A stretch of DNA of 64,000 bases, from contig QPMI01000022.1 of NCBI GenBank assembly GCA_004431415.1, forward strand, positions 310,001 through 374,000. The letters are read 5' to 3'. How positions within the stretch are numbered: position 1 is the first letter of the stretch; each line of letters starts with the position of its first letter. Source of the DNA: Cyanophora paradoxa CCMP329. Taxonomy: Eukaryota; Plantae; Glaucophyta. Below are positions 27,001 to 42,479 of the stretch, in pieces. The position numbers and the translations under genes are program-made. The notes under the pieces are model-generated. The model was not told the DNA's origin. It ran no database searches and was given only the letters and a program-made list of their open reading frames with translations.

Positions 27001-29632
27001 TGATCCGACGCGTTCCGGCAGGTCCTCCTCCAGTGGGAGGCCCGCTCAGATCTGAGCCAGCTCCGCCTCTTCTCGGCGTTCCTGGGGACGGCGGTGAACC
27101 AGGAGGTGGTCGCCAAGGAGGTCAAGCGAGCCCTCCTCGATTTCTCGCTCGAGTGCTTCGGTGCGGCCGGGCCGGCCGCTGCGCCCCTGCCCTCGAAATT
27201 CGAAGATTTCGAAGTCTGATCTCGAAGTTCGAAGATTTCGTCGACGTGGACGAAGAGGCGACGAGCTACATCCCGCGCCCCATCGACACGCGCGAGATCT
27301 GCGGGCTCTCGGTGCGCGCGACCTTTCATAGGCTTTCACCAACTTCAATAGGCTTAGTTGGCTTAATAGACTTAATAGGCGACCTTTAATAGGCTTAATA
27401 TTCGCGCGACCTCGCCCTCGCGGGATAAGCACAGGCCTCTACTACCCATTTTATAATTGATGCTCACGGCGCCGTGGGTGTACATGTCGCTCATGATCAT
27501 GGTCAGGTCGATCCCGCGATCGGTTACGCTCCCATCGTCGACTACATCGTGAGCCGATGGTGCGCATATTGTATATATCTTATCAACTACGACACGCCGA
27601 CTCCGTTTAATTTGATTTTGACTGATGATTCTTTGATTTATTTCTCAAGGGCGGAGATCCGCGTCTGGCAGTGGCCCCTAATTTTCGTGGAGCCCGACGT
27701 GGCCGGAGACCCGGGCCGGGTCACGAAGCTCTGGGACCAGGTCCGCAGCACGTGGCACCTGCAGCCGGTGACGGCCGCGAACAACCGGGCCATCCGCAAC
27801 TCGGCGAGGTGATTGAGGCCGGCTCGCTTTGATTGGAAGCTTAAGACGTGCTCGCCCGCTATCTTGCCGAGCGAACTCTTAAGAATTGGTTAAGATCTAG
27901 ATCTCACTTCCATTCGAAGCTTAAGACTTGCGCGTCGACGTCCGCTGTACTGCCGATCGAACTCTTAAGCCTTGCTTAAGATCTCGCTTCCTTTCGAAGC
28001 TTGAATCAGATCTTAAGCTTCCTGCCGATCGAACGCGAACTCGCAGGGCGTGGAACGAGCTCACCGCGTGGCCCGAGGAGTACGCCCCGTACGAGGACGC
28101 CCAAAGGATCTCGGACAACAGGCGAGAGATTTCGGAAATTGAACTTTCGGCTGCAGTGCACGCGAACGCGAGCCTGACCATGAGCCTTTTCGCCCCGCGA
28201 CCACAGTTTCTTCAAGGGCGGAAAGGATCGCGAGAGTGAGGAGGTCGCCCGGAAGCTCTACTTGAAATCCATGTGCTGGGACGACGTGAGCGCACTCCGA
28301 TTTTCGCTTAACTTTTAGCTACCCCTTGGAATTCTAGATATGCTGATGAAGTTAAAATTGATCATGATTGCGATCGCTCACACGCGCAGCCGATCGAGTA
28401 CTTGCGCAAGATCGCCGCGACCGGGTAATCAATCGCTTGCTTCGAATTCCTGCCTTCGGTCTTACAGTAGTACCGATACATATCGATGCGGCTGCATTCG
28501 TAGGTACCATCTCACGAAGATTCCGAAGAGCGACGACCGCGAGTTCGATGAGTGCCGCGAGCAGGCGAAGGGCGAGCTTCCATGTGCGTCCGCCTCATAT
28601 AATTAGGGCGTTTTACTTGACTGTTATGATAATAATGGTCGTGTGCTCTTCTTAACGGGCGATTTATCGTTCGCCTTAGGGCATTATACTTAACTGTCAT
28701 GCTTAGGGCATTATACTTGACTGTCATGATAATACTGGTTGCCCGCGCGCTCTTCTTCTTTACTGGCAATTTACGCACGTGCCCGCGCGCGCGCGCAGAC
28801 CTGCTCGCGTCGTCGAAGCACGCCGAGTTCTGCCGCCGCCTCATCAGCGCCAACGTCACCGCCCTCTCCGATGACGTGCGTACAAGTCTTATATTGTATG
28901 GACAGGAATGAAGCGGTGTTATTAATCTCATGCCCTGGTTCCAAACCAATTAAACGTTAATGTATACATTACGGATTTATTCGATCGCGATTAATTGGAT
29001 CCAGAGCCGAGAATCTCGTTATGATCAACGTTGAATTAACATTCGCGAATTGATCCGATCCGACCTGATACGCCCCGCTTCGTGCGCAGGATCTCGCGGC
29101 CCTCGAGGAGCACTCCGAGAGCCGCGCCCTTCTCGCCGAGGACCCGCCCCGCATCCCCGCCCTCTACATCCGGCCCTTCAGCTTCCTCTCCCAGAAGACC
29201 AAGGAGCTCTACATCGCCCGGGTGATTACATGCAATATAATATAATGACCTAATCTATCCTATCTATCTATCTAGCGATCTTATAACTACTCGCAGGCCA
29301 CGGCCCAGCTCAACAACCTCCTGGATATCCTGGAGAACGGCAAGCAGACTGAGCTAGAGGAGGCTCATTTCAAGCACGCGGCCGGCAAGGCGAACAACGT
29401 CGCGATGGTCGCGGTTGACGGGAAGCAGGACGAGCCTCGCGAGGCGGGAAGCGTACGCGTGTCCGAGGATGGAAAGGAAGGGAACGAGGACCCGGAGAAC
29501 CCGAGCGAACCGAGCGGCGCAGCCTCCGGCGGAGCGCGAGGCCCGAGCAGCGCAGCGGAGCAGACCGATGTCCCGGACAAGCAGCCGGGGTACACCATCA
29601 AGCTGCAGTGCCTGCACGTTCTCAAGGTCTAA
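18025..29632 (+). CDS. Polycystin-2-like (TRPP/PKD2 family) cation channel with long N- and C-terminal cytosolic regions
   Basis: Spliced exons give S1 AIMFIFFILLFYAM; TOP-domain motifs LRQ|VRV...CYPE and WIDGSARALSIK|FALYNKHTDIYSIAELLVELPTSG; YLTSFWNIVE; FRLFK|YFRIWPSLYVLWQTI; pore YFSLFRFLMGEFNYSDW; S6 FFIVFIVFVVLIFQN|IFIAIISNSYEQV. More than 30 introns. Both ends approximate. Confidence 0.85.
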
Positions 29633-30610
29633 GTTGAAAGGTCGCGTGATTCACGTCTCGCGAACTATAATTAGGTGCCACGGTTACAAGCTTAAGCCGC
29701 GCAAGATCGGCACCTTCGATTTCGCAATCGCATGCATTTCTATCGTTCACGTTAGCGCACTAGTTGGTATTCTGTCTGCAGCTATACATATGCATGTTAA
29801 TGTACACGTGCACGTGCACGCAATGGTCTTCGCATTAAAGTTTGCAATGGAGATAGCTAGGATAGAACAATGTATACGTGCGTGTAGTATTCGTGATCCG
29901 ATGATTGAGTTCAGAGTTTGCTAGCCGCCATTTGATTTCAAGTTTGGAGCTCACTATGGCCTCAAATCTCCACGGCCAGCAACCAGTCACAGAATTTGAT
30001 ATTTTCTGCAAGTTCTTAAGCTTGTATGTGCAGCATATATTGTTCAGCTGCATGTGCAGCGCGCAGTATATTGTTCAGCTGCAATTAGACTCTGAGAATT
30101 AGATGCTTACGGATATTTGTCGATGCGATTGTACACGTAGAACTGCAATCAGGCCGTCGGACGATAGGGAATCAAGCAGTTCAGACATCAATACAGCGAA
30201 TTATAGCGCTCGTGATTCGTCGCCGAGTCGAATCTGTCCGATCGCGATGGTCGCATACGTATACACTTCAGTTGTGCTGATATATATATATATATTGATC
30301 TGCTGCAATTGCAGATTAAGGAGGGTGGGGATCTGCGGGGACTGATCATGAGGGGTACCGGTGTTGAGGGCTTGGGTTGGGTTGGGGAATTCGAAGGCAA
30401 GATCAGGTGAAGGCAAGCGTGGAAAGCGACAATTCCGAGTGCGCGCTTCGATTGCACGATTGAAGGGCGATGTCGAGCGAGGTCACTGAACGCGGGAGCG
30501 TTGGCCACAGATCGCCGACGTAGCATCGATTATCGCCGGATCTTTTGGAGCTCTTGCGATCGGGTTTCCGAGGTCGGGCGAACGGAGCATTTTCCGCGGC
30601 GGAATCGACT

Positions 30611-31065
30611 TGTTTTTTTAAGTTTGTGGTGTCATTCCTTACATGCACACCACCCCACCGTCCGTCACATCCACCGGCACGAGGGCTACTCTACTACTGT
30701 GAGCGGGTACGTCGTAGTCCAACTAACTATGTGTCCGGTCTTGCCGAGCCAGTTCTCCCAGAGCTGATTGTACCCTTCAGACATAATCCTCCGGAGCCTC
30801 CAATGGGGCCGCAGCTGAAGATCCGTGTGTCCACAGTCGTGAGTCTTCGGCATGATGTACCCAGTTGCACGGTCCTAGTTGCTTGCTTGATGGCTCCTAT
30901 GCTTGGCCGTGTTGGGACCAGGAGCTCGGTACCCCTTGCGGGGCCCCGAGGTCGGGGTTTCTCCGGGATTTGAAGCGGGTTCGGTAGTTTCGGTCCGGAT
31001 TCGAACCGGGGTCCTCTGAGCGGTAAGGCCGACACCTTATCCACTCGACTATGCCTTCCCCTGCT
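30611..31065 (-). mobile_element. tRNA-derived SINE (~455 bp) with 15-bp target-site duplication
   Basis: Minus-strand head has A box TAGTCGAGTGG (31051-31041) and B box GGTTCGAATCC (31007-30997). 3' end is A-rich (cttaaaaaaacaa). Identical flanks gcggcggaatcgact at 30596-30610 and 31066-31080. Confidence 0.85.
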
Positions 31066-31619
31066 GCGGCGGAATCGACTGGCAGACGTCCCTCGCGCGC
31101 GGGAGCGGTGCGCGAGTCTCCCTCCACGCCGCGCTGCGATATGGATCAAATGAGTCAGATGATCCTCACTCCCTCCCATCCAGACAAGTCATATGCATGA
31201 TCAGAGAGGGCAGACGTGATTTGCAGCTGACTTGGCATTCTTCTAGTTCTGCAGCCGATCGTTTCTGCGAAAACCCTGCGAATGCATATGGCGCAAAAAA
31301 TCATCAGATCAAGCCCAACTACGACGGCGAGCTCGATCGAGCGCAAGTACGCGTTACGATCGCTTAAGTTTCATGAGTATAATCGATGAGCTATTCAGCT
31401 AGTTGTCGTGTCGACTTCAGTTTCGACTTCGGGATCTAGTGAATTGAGCCGAGGGCTTATGCATATTCGCATTATATATATACTTCGAGGGAAAATCTAG
31501 AGAGAATCTCGATCTCGATCCGATGTCCTAGAATTTAAGAGAACATTAAGTAATCGAGAGCAGCTGCAGGAGCGCGAGCTCGCGTGATATAGATCTGCGT
31601 CGCATACTGCAAGCCATGC

Positions 31620-36040
<4,421 letters not shown>

Positions 36041-36800
36041 AGCAGAAATTATCATCATAGCATGCGATTGCAAGATCTAGCACAGTTCAAGTCCAAGGGA
36101 ATATCCAGTGAACACAACGTGTACATGTACTGCGAGCTGCAGCTGCCGGGCTGAGCGGAATTTCACTATATATGTTACTAGCTATAATCGTAAGGGCCTC
36201 GGAGCGAGTCTACAAATTAAAAACGAGCCTCGATTCCGGATATCGATCCAGGTCCGGGCCCGGGGAGCCCCGCTTTGTGCCTTTGGCTACACATGCGCTG
36301 CTGTTCCTGTTCGCCTCTCCTGACCATGGGGTCCTGCGTGCACGTGCGGACTGCAGCTGGCGGCTCGCAATCGCGCAAGTTCTGATACTCCCCCCCCCCC
36401 TCCGGCCCCCTCCCCTTCCCTACCCTCTTTCCTCCTGCCTTCCCCCACCCCCCTCACACTCCGGGTTTTCCCACGTGCACCTGATCCGCGCCCTTCAGAT
36501 TTGCCGAGTCGCCTCCGCCCTCCGCACATACCTCGCGGCACGTACCCCGCAGACTGCGAACGCCTACGGAAAGCTCAGCCGGTTCCTAGCTGTGAAAATA
36601 GTTCATAGCGGTTGGGCGGGAAGAGGGGAAAGGGGGGGGGGGGGGAAGGGTAGGGGAGGCCGGGGGAAGGGCCGGAGGGGAGGAAGGGGGGGGGGGGGGG
36701 CTGGGTGGGGGCGGTGGGGTTCCCTCGGGACGCGCCCCGAGGGCCCCTCCCCCGCCTCGCGTCCCCCCGAGGCCCCGATCGTCGTCTGCGTCTGCGGCAA

Positions 36801-39311
36801 TCAGCACTCGTGCCATTCCTCGTCGTCCTCGTCCGCGCGCTCGACGGTGCGGACGAGCTCGACGACCGCCGCCGGCAGCAGCTCCTGCGGGCCCGGGATC
36901 AGGGTCAGCAGGCGCGGGTGGAGCTGCAGATTCACGGAGAGACGCGCCTCGAGGACCACAACGAGCAGGTCCCCGCGAAGCTGCGGGCCGGGATAACTCA
37001 GCGGCTTCGCGTTGATCCGAGTTTGGGGCGCGCGAGCGCGGGCGCGGGCGCGCGGACGCGCACCTGCTCTCCTTCATCGTCGGTGACGCCGAGGGAGCGA
37101 AGGGCGACCCAGCGGCGCTCCCGCCGCGGCCGCCGCCGCGATCCAAAGGTGGAGGCGAGGGTTTCGGCGTCCCACACGAGCGGCGACTCGAGCTTCAGCC
37201 GCCGCAGCGCCCGCGCGTCGGTCCCGAGCCGCTGCGCACGCGTCAGGCGCGGGGTGGAAGGGACACTGCGGCCGAGCCGAACCTGGATGAGGCTCGCGGG
37301 GATGTTCTCGTCCCCGTCGAGGTAGCAGGCGAGCTGCAGCACCTCCAGTTCGGCCCAGCTGAGAGAGAGTGTGTGTGTGTGAGAAATGATGAGAGAGCGA
37401 TTGTGTGTGTGTGTGTGTGGGGGGGGGGTACGCATTCACCAGGACAGGGGCTCGACCGCGAGCTGTTCGAGGCAGTTTCCGGGTACACTCAGCTCTAGGG
37501 TCTGTGGAGGGGGCCAATCAGGGTGAGGCGGGAAGAGGAGGGGGTACACTGGGCGGGCGCAGGCCTGCAGGCGGTAGAGGCGGCGGAGGACGTTGCAGAG
37601 GGCGGCGGGGTCCGCGACCGGCGCGTTCTGCGGGGTACGCAGTTCAACGACGGCACGAGAGAAGAGACGGGGGACGGACAAGGGCCAGAGAGCGGAGGGT
37701 GGGGGCGAGGGCGGCGAGGGGTGCGATGTCCGTCCCGCCACACAGCTCCAGCGTCACGTGCTGCGGGGTACGTGAGCTGGGAGCGAACCGGGCAGGCCGG
37801 GACGCGCGGGGCGGGCCGGAGCGCGGGGCGCGCGGGGCGGGCCTCGAGGCGGGTCAGGGAGGGGAGGAACCCAATCCAGACAAAGACGCCACCAATCTCC
37901 AGCGCTGCGGAGGGGAGGGGGGTGGGGGGATTAGGCAAGGGTTTGAGCTCGGAGCAGGCGGGGGCCGCCGGCCTGCGGAGCGCACCGCGCAGGGACGCAA
38001 GGCGCGCGAGGGGCGCAGCGGCGTCGCGAGAGAGGACGGGATGGGTCCGTCTCGCGCTGCGAGGATCTTGGCTTGCGAGAGGAAAGGGGCCGGCCTGCGG
38101 CTTGCGCGGGGACGGCGCACTTACTTCGACCAGGAGATACCCCAGAACTCCACCCGGAGCCTCTCAAGAGCTGCCGAGGGTGCGAGGTTGGACAGAAACC
38201 TTCAGCACGCGTACGGGGCTGGGAGGCACGAAGTACCCCGAAATCCGGAGGAGAGTGCGACAAAGCAGGACATGGGTTCGACCTTTTGCGGCGAGCGCGC
38301 TGAAGAGCAGAGAGGGGCAGAAGTAGAAAAGGGCAGACCTCCAGTTCCGTAACCCCTTGCGATAGAAGGAAGAGAGAATTCTGGGGGCAGAAAGCGACGC
38401 TGAGGGCTCGGAGGGTGGGCGCGAGGCCGCGCAGGCTATGGAGGTGCTCCAGGGCGATCGGCAGCCTGCAGGGATTTAGGGGGGGACAAAAGGCTGAGGC
38501 CGGCGGGCGGACCCCGAAAGGTCGAGCGTGTGGATGTGGGAGAGAGAGGCGATAGCCGGCAAAGATTCCTCGAGGTATGTGGAACTGTGGTCTTCGATGC
38601 TACTGCAGGAGCTTTCGTCCGAGGCGCGAAGGGAGAGAGAGCGCAGCTCGGAGAACGCCGCGAGCGGCGGGATGCCCAGGCGAGGGCGGGCCCTGCCCTT
38701 GGGGTCCGTGAGGTCAAACCACAGCTCCAATTCGCTCACGGCGCCCGGGAAGCACTCCCGCAGCCGTCCGAGCGTCTCAGAGTCCATCACAGTGCTGTAC
38801 ACCTGCTCGCGCCCGCCCGGCATGATCACTGTGCGCGCGCCCGAACGACATCGCCGCAAGCAGATCTAGAGCATACCTGCACACGCCGCGCACCGCGCCG
38901 TGCCGCATCCGGCACCCCCAGCAGCGCCTCCAGGTCGCTCGGGCAGGGCTTCCGCAGCGCAATCCGCTCCCACGCACTGGGGTCCTCGCACAGCGATCGA
39001 AACCGACGGCACACGCGGCGATACCGCTGCAGGAGCTCGGGTCGAGCGTCGGGCGCGCTTTCGCGGGGGCCGAGCTGCGATTTGCGCATGCCCGCGCAGG
39101 CAGGCTGGCTTTGCCACTCCCGCCGCGCCGCCAGCACGAGGATGCGAACGAGCAGCTCGTCGGGCAGCGAGTCAATCGGGCAGCTCTCCTCCTCCAGCGC
39201 CGGCCAGCTTGGCTGCTCCCCCGAACTGCCATCAAGCCGGGCGCGCACACTGGAGCTGCCGCCGTCTGCTCGGTCATCTTCGCGTCCGCGCTTCGTCGCT
39301 TTGGGCTCCAT
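36801..39311 (-). CDS. F-box / LRR-like protein, family copy D
   Basis: MEPKATKRGREDD...SCPIDSLPDELLVRILVLAARREWQSQPACAG...VCRRFRSLCEDPSAW; LGRLRECFPGAVSELELWFDL; SWAELEVLQLACY; ends ...LLPAAVVELVRTVERADEDDEEWHEC*. Confidence 0.75.
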
Positions 39312-39523
39312 CTCGCTCAGAGTCGCTGCTGAGTCGGCTGCCAGTCGGAGTCTGTCGGCGGACTGTCGCTCCCTGGGGAGTACGTAAAACATTTATTCGG
39401 TCAGGGCTTTCTATACTTTCGATCTTACTATAGCTAGCTATAGCTAGCTCCGTATCTGCAATCGACAGGGGAGCCGCACGGCCGCAGCCTCATCGAAGTC
39501 GCACTTCCGCCGCCGCCGCCGTG

Positions 39524-41123
39524 ATGAGTGGCGAGGTCAGCATCTACTACGCGTCGGGATGGGCGACCGTGCACGCGCACTACTGCGTCGGCGGCTCCTG
39601 GACCGCGCCCCCGGGGCGGAGGATGGATGCCGTCTTCGACGGGCGCCTGCACAGCTGTGCGGTTGGCTTGTCGCAGGTCGGCCAGATCGAGGTCCGTTTT
39701 CGCAGAGATTTCAAAGAACGGAATTCGAAGCACCCACGACGCGCGCCCGCCGGCAGGTTTGCTTCAATGACGGTTCCAACAACTGGGACTCGTACGCGCG
39801 TCCCCCGGCCCCACGACGCCCAGCGGGGCGACGCCGATGTGAGGCCGCAGATGCGGCGGCAACAACTACAAGATCGACGCCGTCCCCGGCCGGCGGTACC
39901 TCGTCTCCGGCGGCAGCGTCCGCCCCGTCCCCGGTGCGCCGCAGCCCGGGCCCGGGCCCGCCCTGCTCGTGCGCTCCGATCCTGAAGCCCGCGTCCCGCA
40001 GAGGCGCAGCTTCCCTTCCTGCTGGTCTCCGACCTCGACGGGACGATGGTGGGCCTGCCCGGCCCGGCCCGCCGGGGATCAAATCCGGGATCAAATCCCC
40101 TCGCGCCGCGCGCGCAGGTCGCCCATGAGGACGGGGAGCCCGCGCTGCGGGCGTTCGGAGAGCTCTTCTGCGGCGAGCTCGCCCCCGCCGGCTGCCTCCT
40201 CGCGTACTCCACGGGGCGGTCCCCCTCTTCGTTCGCCGCTCTCCTCGCTTCCACGTGCGTCGACGACGTCCTGGGCCTTGTTCGGGATGAGCCGGCCCTG
40301 GCTAAAGCCCTCAGCAGGCCGCTGCTCCGGCCGCACGCGCTGGTTCTGGGCGTGGGCACGCAGATCTACGCCCGCGACGGCGCCCAGTGGGCCCTCGACC
40401 GTGCCTGGGAGCAGCGCATCTCCGCCGGCGGCTGGAGCCGCTCCCTCGCCGAGGAGGTGCGCTAGCGCCATCCCCTCCTCGCCTCTTGCCGCGGCCCTCC
40501 CTTAGCTCGCGCAGGTCTGCAGGGTCTTCCCGGAGCTGAAGCCTCAGCCCGAGTCGGAGCAGAGCGCCCTGAAACTCTCGTTCCACGCCCCCGCCGACGC
40601 CGCCCCGCGCCTCGTCGCCGCCATGGGCGCCGCCCTGGGCGCCCGCGGCGTCCCGGTGCCCGCCCTGCGTCTACTTCCCCCCTTCGCTCCAAGCGGCTGA
40701 CCCGCCGCGGCAGGCCCGCGTGATCGCGTCGGGCAGCGGCGGGTCCCGCTACATCGACGTGATCCCCGCCGCGGCGGGCAAGTACCACGCCATGCTCTAC
40801 TTGAGAGAGAAGCTCGGCTTCGCCGCCGACCGCACCCTCGTCGCCGGAGGTCCGTTGACGTTGACGTTTGCGCGGATCAAATTCCCGAATTCGAATTCGA
40901 ATTCCAACTTGAGCGCCCCGCCGCCGCAGATTCCGGAAACGACGCCGACATGTTCACGGGCGACGAGTTCGGCGTCGCGGTGGGCAACAGCCACGCGGAG
41001 CTGGTCGACATGGTCCGCGGGCGCGGCCGGCCGCACAGGCACCTCATAGCTAGCGGGCGCGCCGCGGACGGCATCCGGGAGGCCATCAGGCACTTCAAGC
41101 TGCAGGCGCCGGCCGCTGCGTGA
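39524..41123 (+). CDS. CBM25 starch-binding module fused to a sucrose-phosphate-phosphatase-like HAD-IIB hydrolase
   Basis: N-terminus VSIYYASGWATVHAHYCVGGSWTAPPGRRM...IE|VCFNDGSNNWDS|CGGNNY fits CBM25. HAD motifs follow: LVSDLDGTM, YSTGRS, GVGTQIY, EQSALKLSF, IDVIPAAAGKYHAMLYL, TLVAG|DSGND, GVAVGNS, AADGIREAIRHF. Confidence 0.85.
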
Positions 41124-41291
41124 CGTGCGCCTAGTGACCTTGTTCCCGAATGGATGCGAGTGCGGGTGCGAGGCGTCCGAGGTGCCAGCGCAGGGTGGAA
41201 CGGGGGGCTGGAACCGATTGTGTAATTGTACAAGGATAGATTATGCGGGCTAAGAGGAAGAAAAGGGGCGGCAGGAGAAAACGTCGCTCGT

Positions 41292-42298
41292 TTACTTGCT
41301 GCGAGGAAAGGAGGGAGCGGGGCGTCAGGCGTCGCGGCGGAAAGCGGCGGGCGGGCGGGCGGGCGGCGGGGACGGACCGGAGCCACTCGACGAGGACCTT
41401 CTGCCGCTTGATCTTCTTCTGGAGCTGGAGGAGGCCGTACAGGAGCGCCTCGGCCGTGGGCGGGCAGCCCGGCACGTAGATGTCCACGGGAACGATGCGG
41501 TCGCAGCCGCGCACCACCGAGTACGAGTAGTGGTAGTAGCCGCCTGTCGAGCGCTGAGCGGGCGCCAACAGAAAGGCGAAAGGAAAGGACGAGGCGCCGC
41601 ACCGCCGTTGGCGCAGGAGCCCATGGAGACGACCCAGCGCGGCTCGGACATCTGGTCGTAGACCTTCCGGAGCGCGGGCGCCATCTTGTTGGTGAGAGTG
41701 CCGGCGACGATCATCACGTCGGACTGGCGGGGAGAAGGACGGAAGATGATGCCGAAGCGATCCAGGTCGTAGCGGGACGCGCCTACAAGGCACGGAAAGG
41801 TCACGCCGAGCACGAGCGAGACGGAGGGACTGGCGGACCAGCCTGCATCATCTCCACGGCGCAGCACGCAAGACCGAATGTCATGGGCCAGAGAGAGCCC
41901 TTACGCGCCCAGTTGACGAGGGCATCGAGCTTGGAGACGACATACTCTGCGAACCGCACAGGAAGAGGCACGGGCCATCAGGCGGCGAATAGGAACGCAG
42001 AAGGAGACCGTGCGTCTCTTCATTCCACGCCGAGAACCTAGGCGAAAGGCGGCGCACCGGCCTTGGAGTCGGGGCCCTTGTTGACGAGCGAGGTCGACTG
42101 GCGCAGGCCGGCAGGCTGGCGATCAAGGATATCGTTCACAACGCGCAGCTGCGGCGCCAGAGCAGGGACGGAGGCCCTGGCGGCGCGGATCATGAATCCG
42201 GCGGCGGCGGCATGATTCATGATTCCGGGGGCGCACCTGGTAATGGCGCGCGCGGCCGGCGCAGCGGCGGCCGCCCCAATGCCACGAACGCTGAGCAT
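41292..42298 (-). CDS. NDUFS7: NADH:ubiquinone oxidoreductase PSST (20 kDa) subunit, mitochondrial
   Basis: [133 protein letters not shown]. Presequence-like N-terminus; 5 introns. Confidence 0.97.
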
Positions 42299-42479
42299 GT
42301 CGCCGAGAACCCAACTGGCGGGGGGTACTGGCAAGACGCGAGAATCATCAGTGCCGGCGAAAGCAGGTGCGCCGGAGGCCGAAAACCCGCACAGAGTCTG
42401 CGCAGCAGTCGGACCTGCGTGGCCCGGCCGCCCGCTCCCGCCGCCCTTGAGGCCAGCTGAGCGAGCTCGCGGCGCGCAG
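42299..42479. promoter_or_regulatory. Probable compact bidirectional promoter region between NDUFS7 and NTT
   Basis: The two inferred start codons are head-to-head, 181 bp apart. Confidence 0.45.

Noticed and set aside
30985-31060. Functional tRNA-Val gene
   Set aside because: Acceptor and anticodon stems do not pair. It is the head of a TSD-flanked, A-tailed element.
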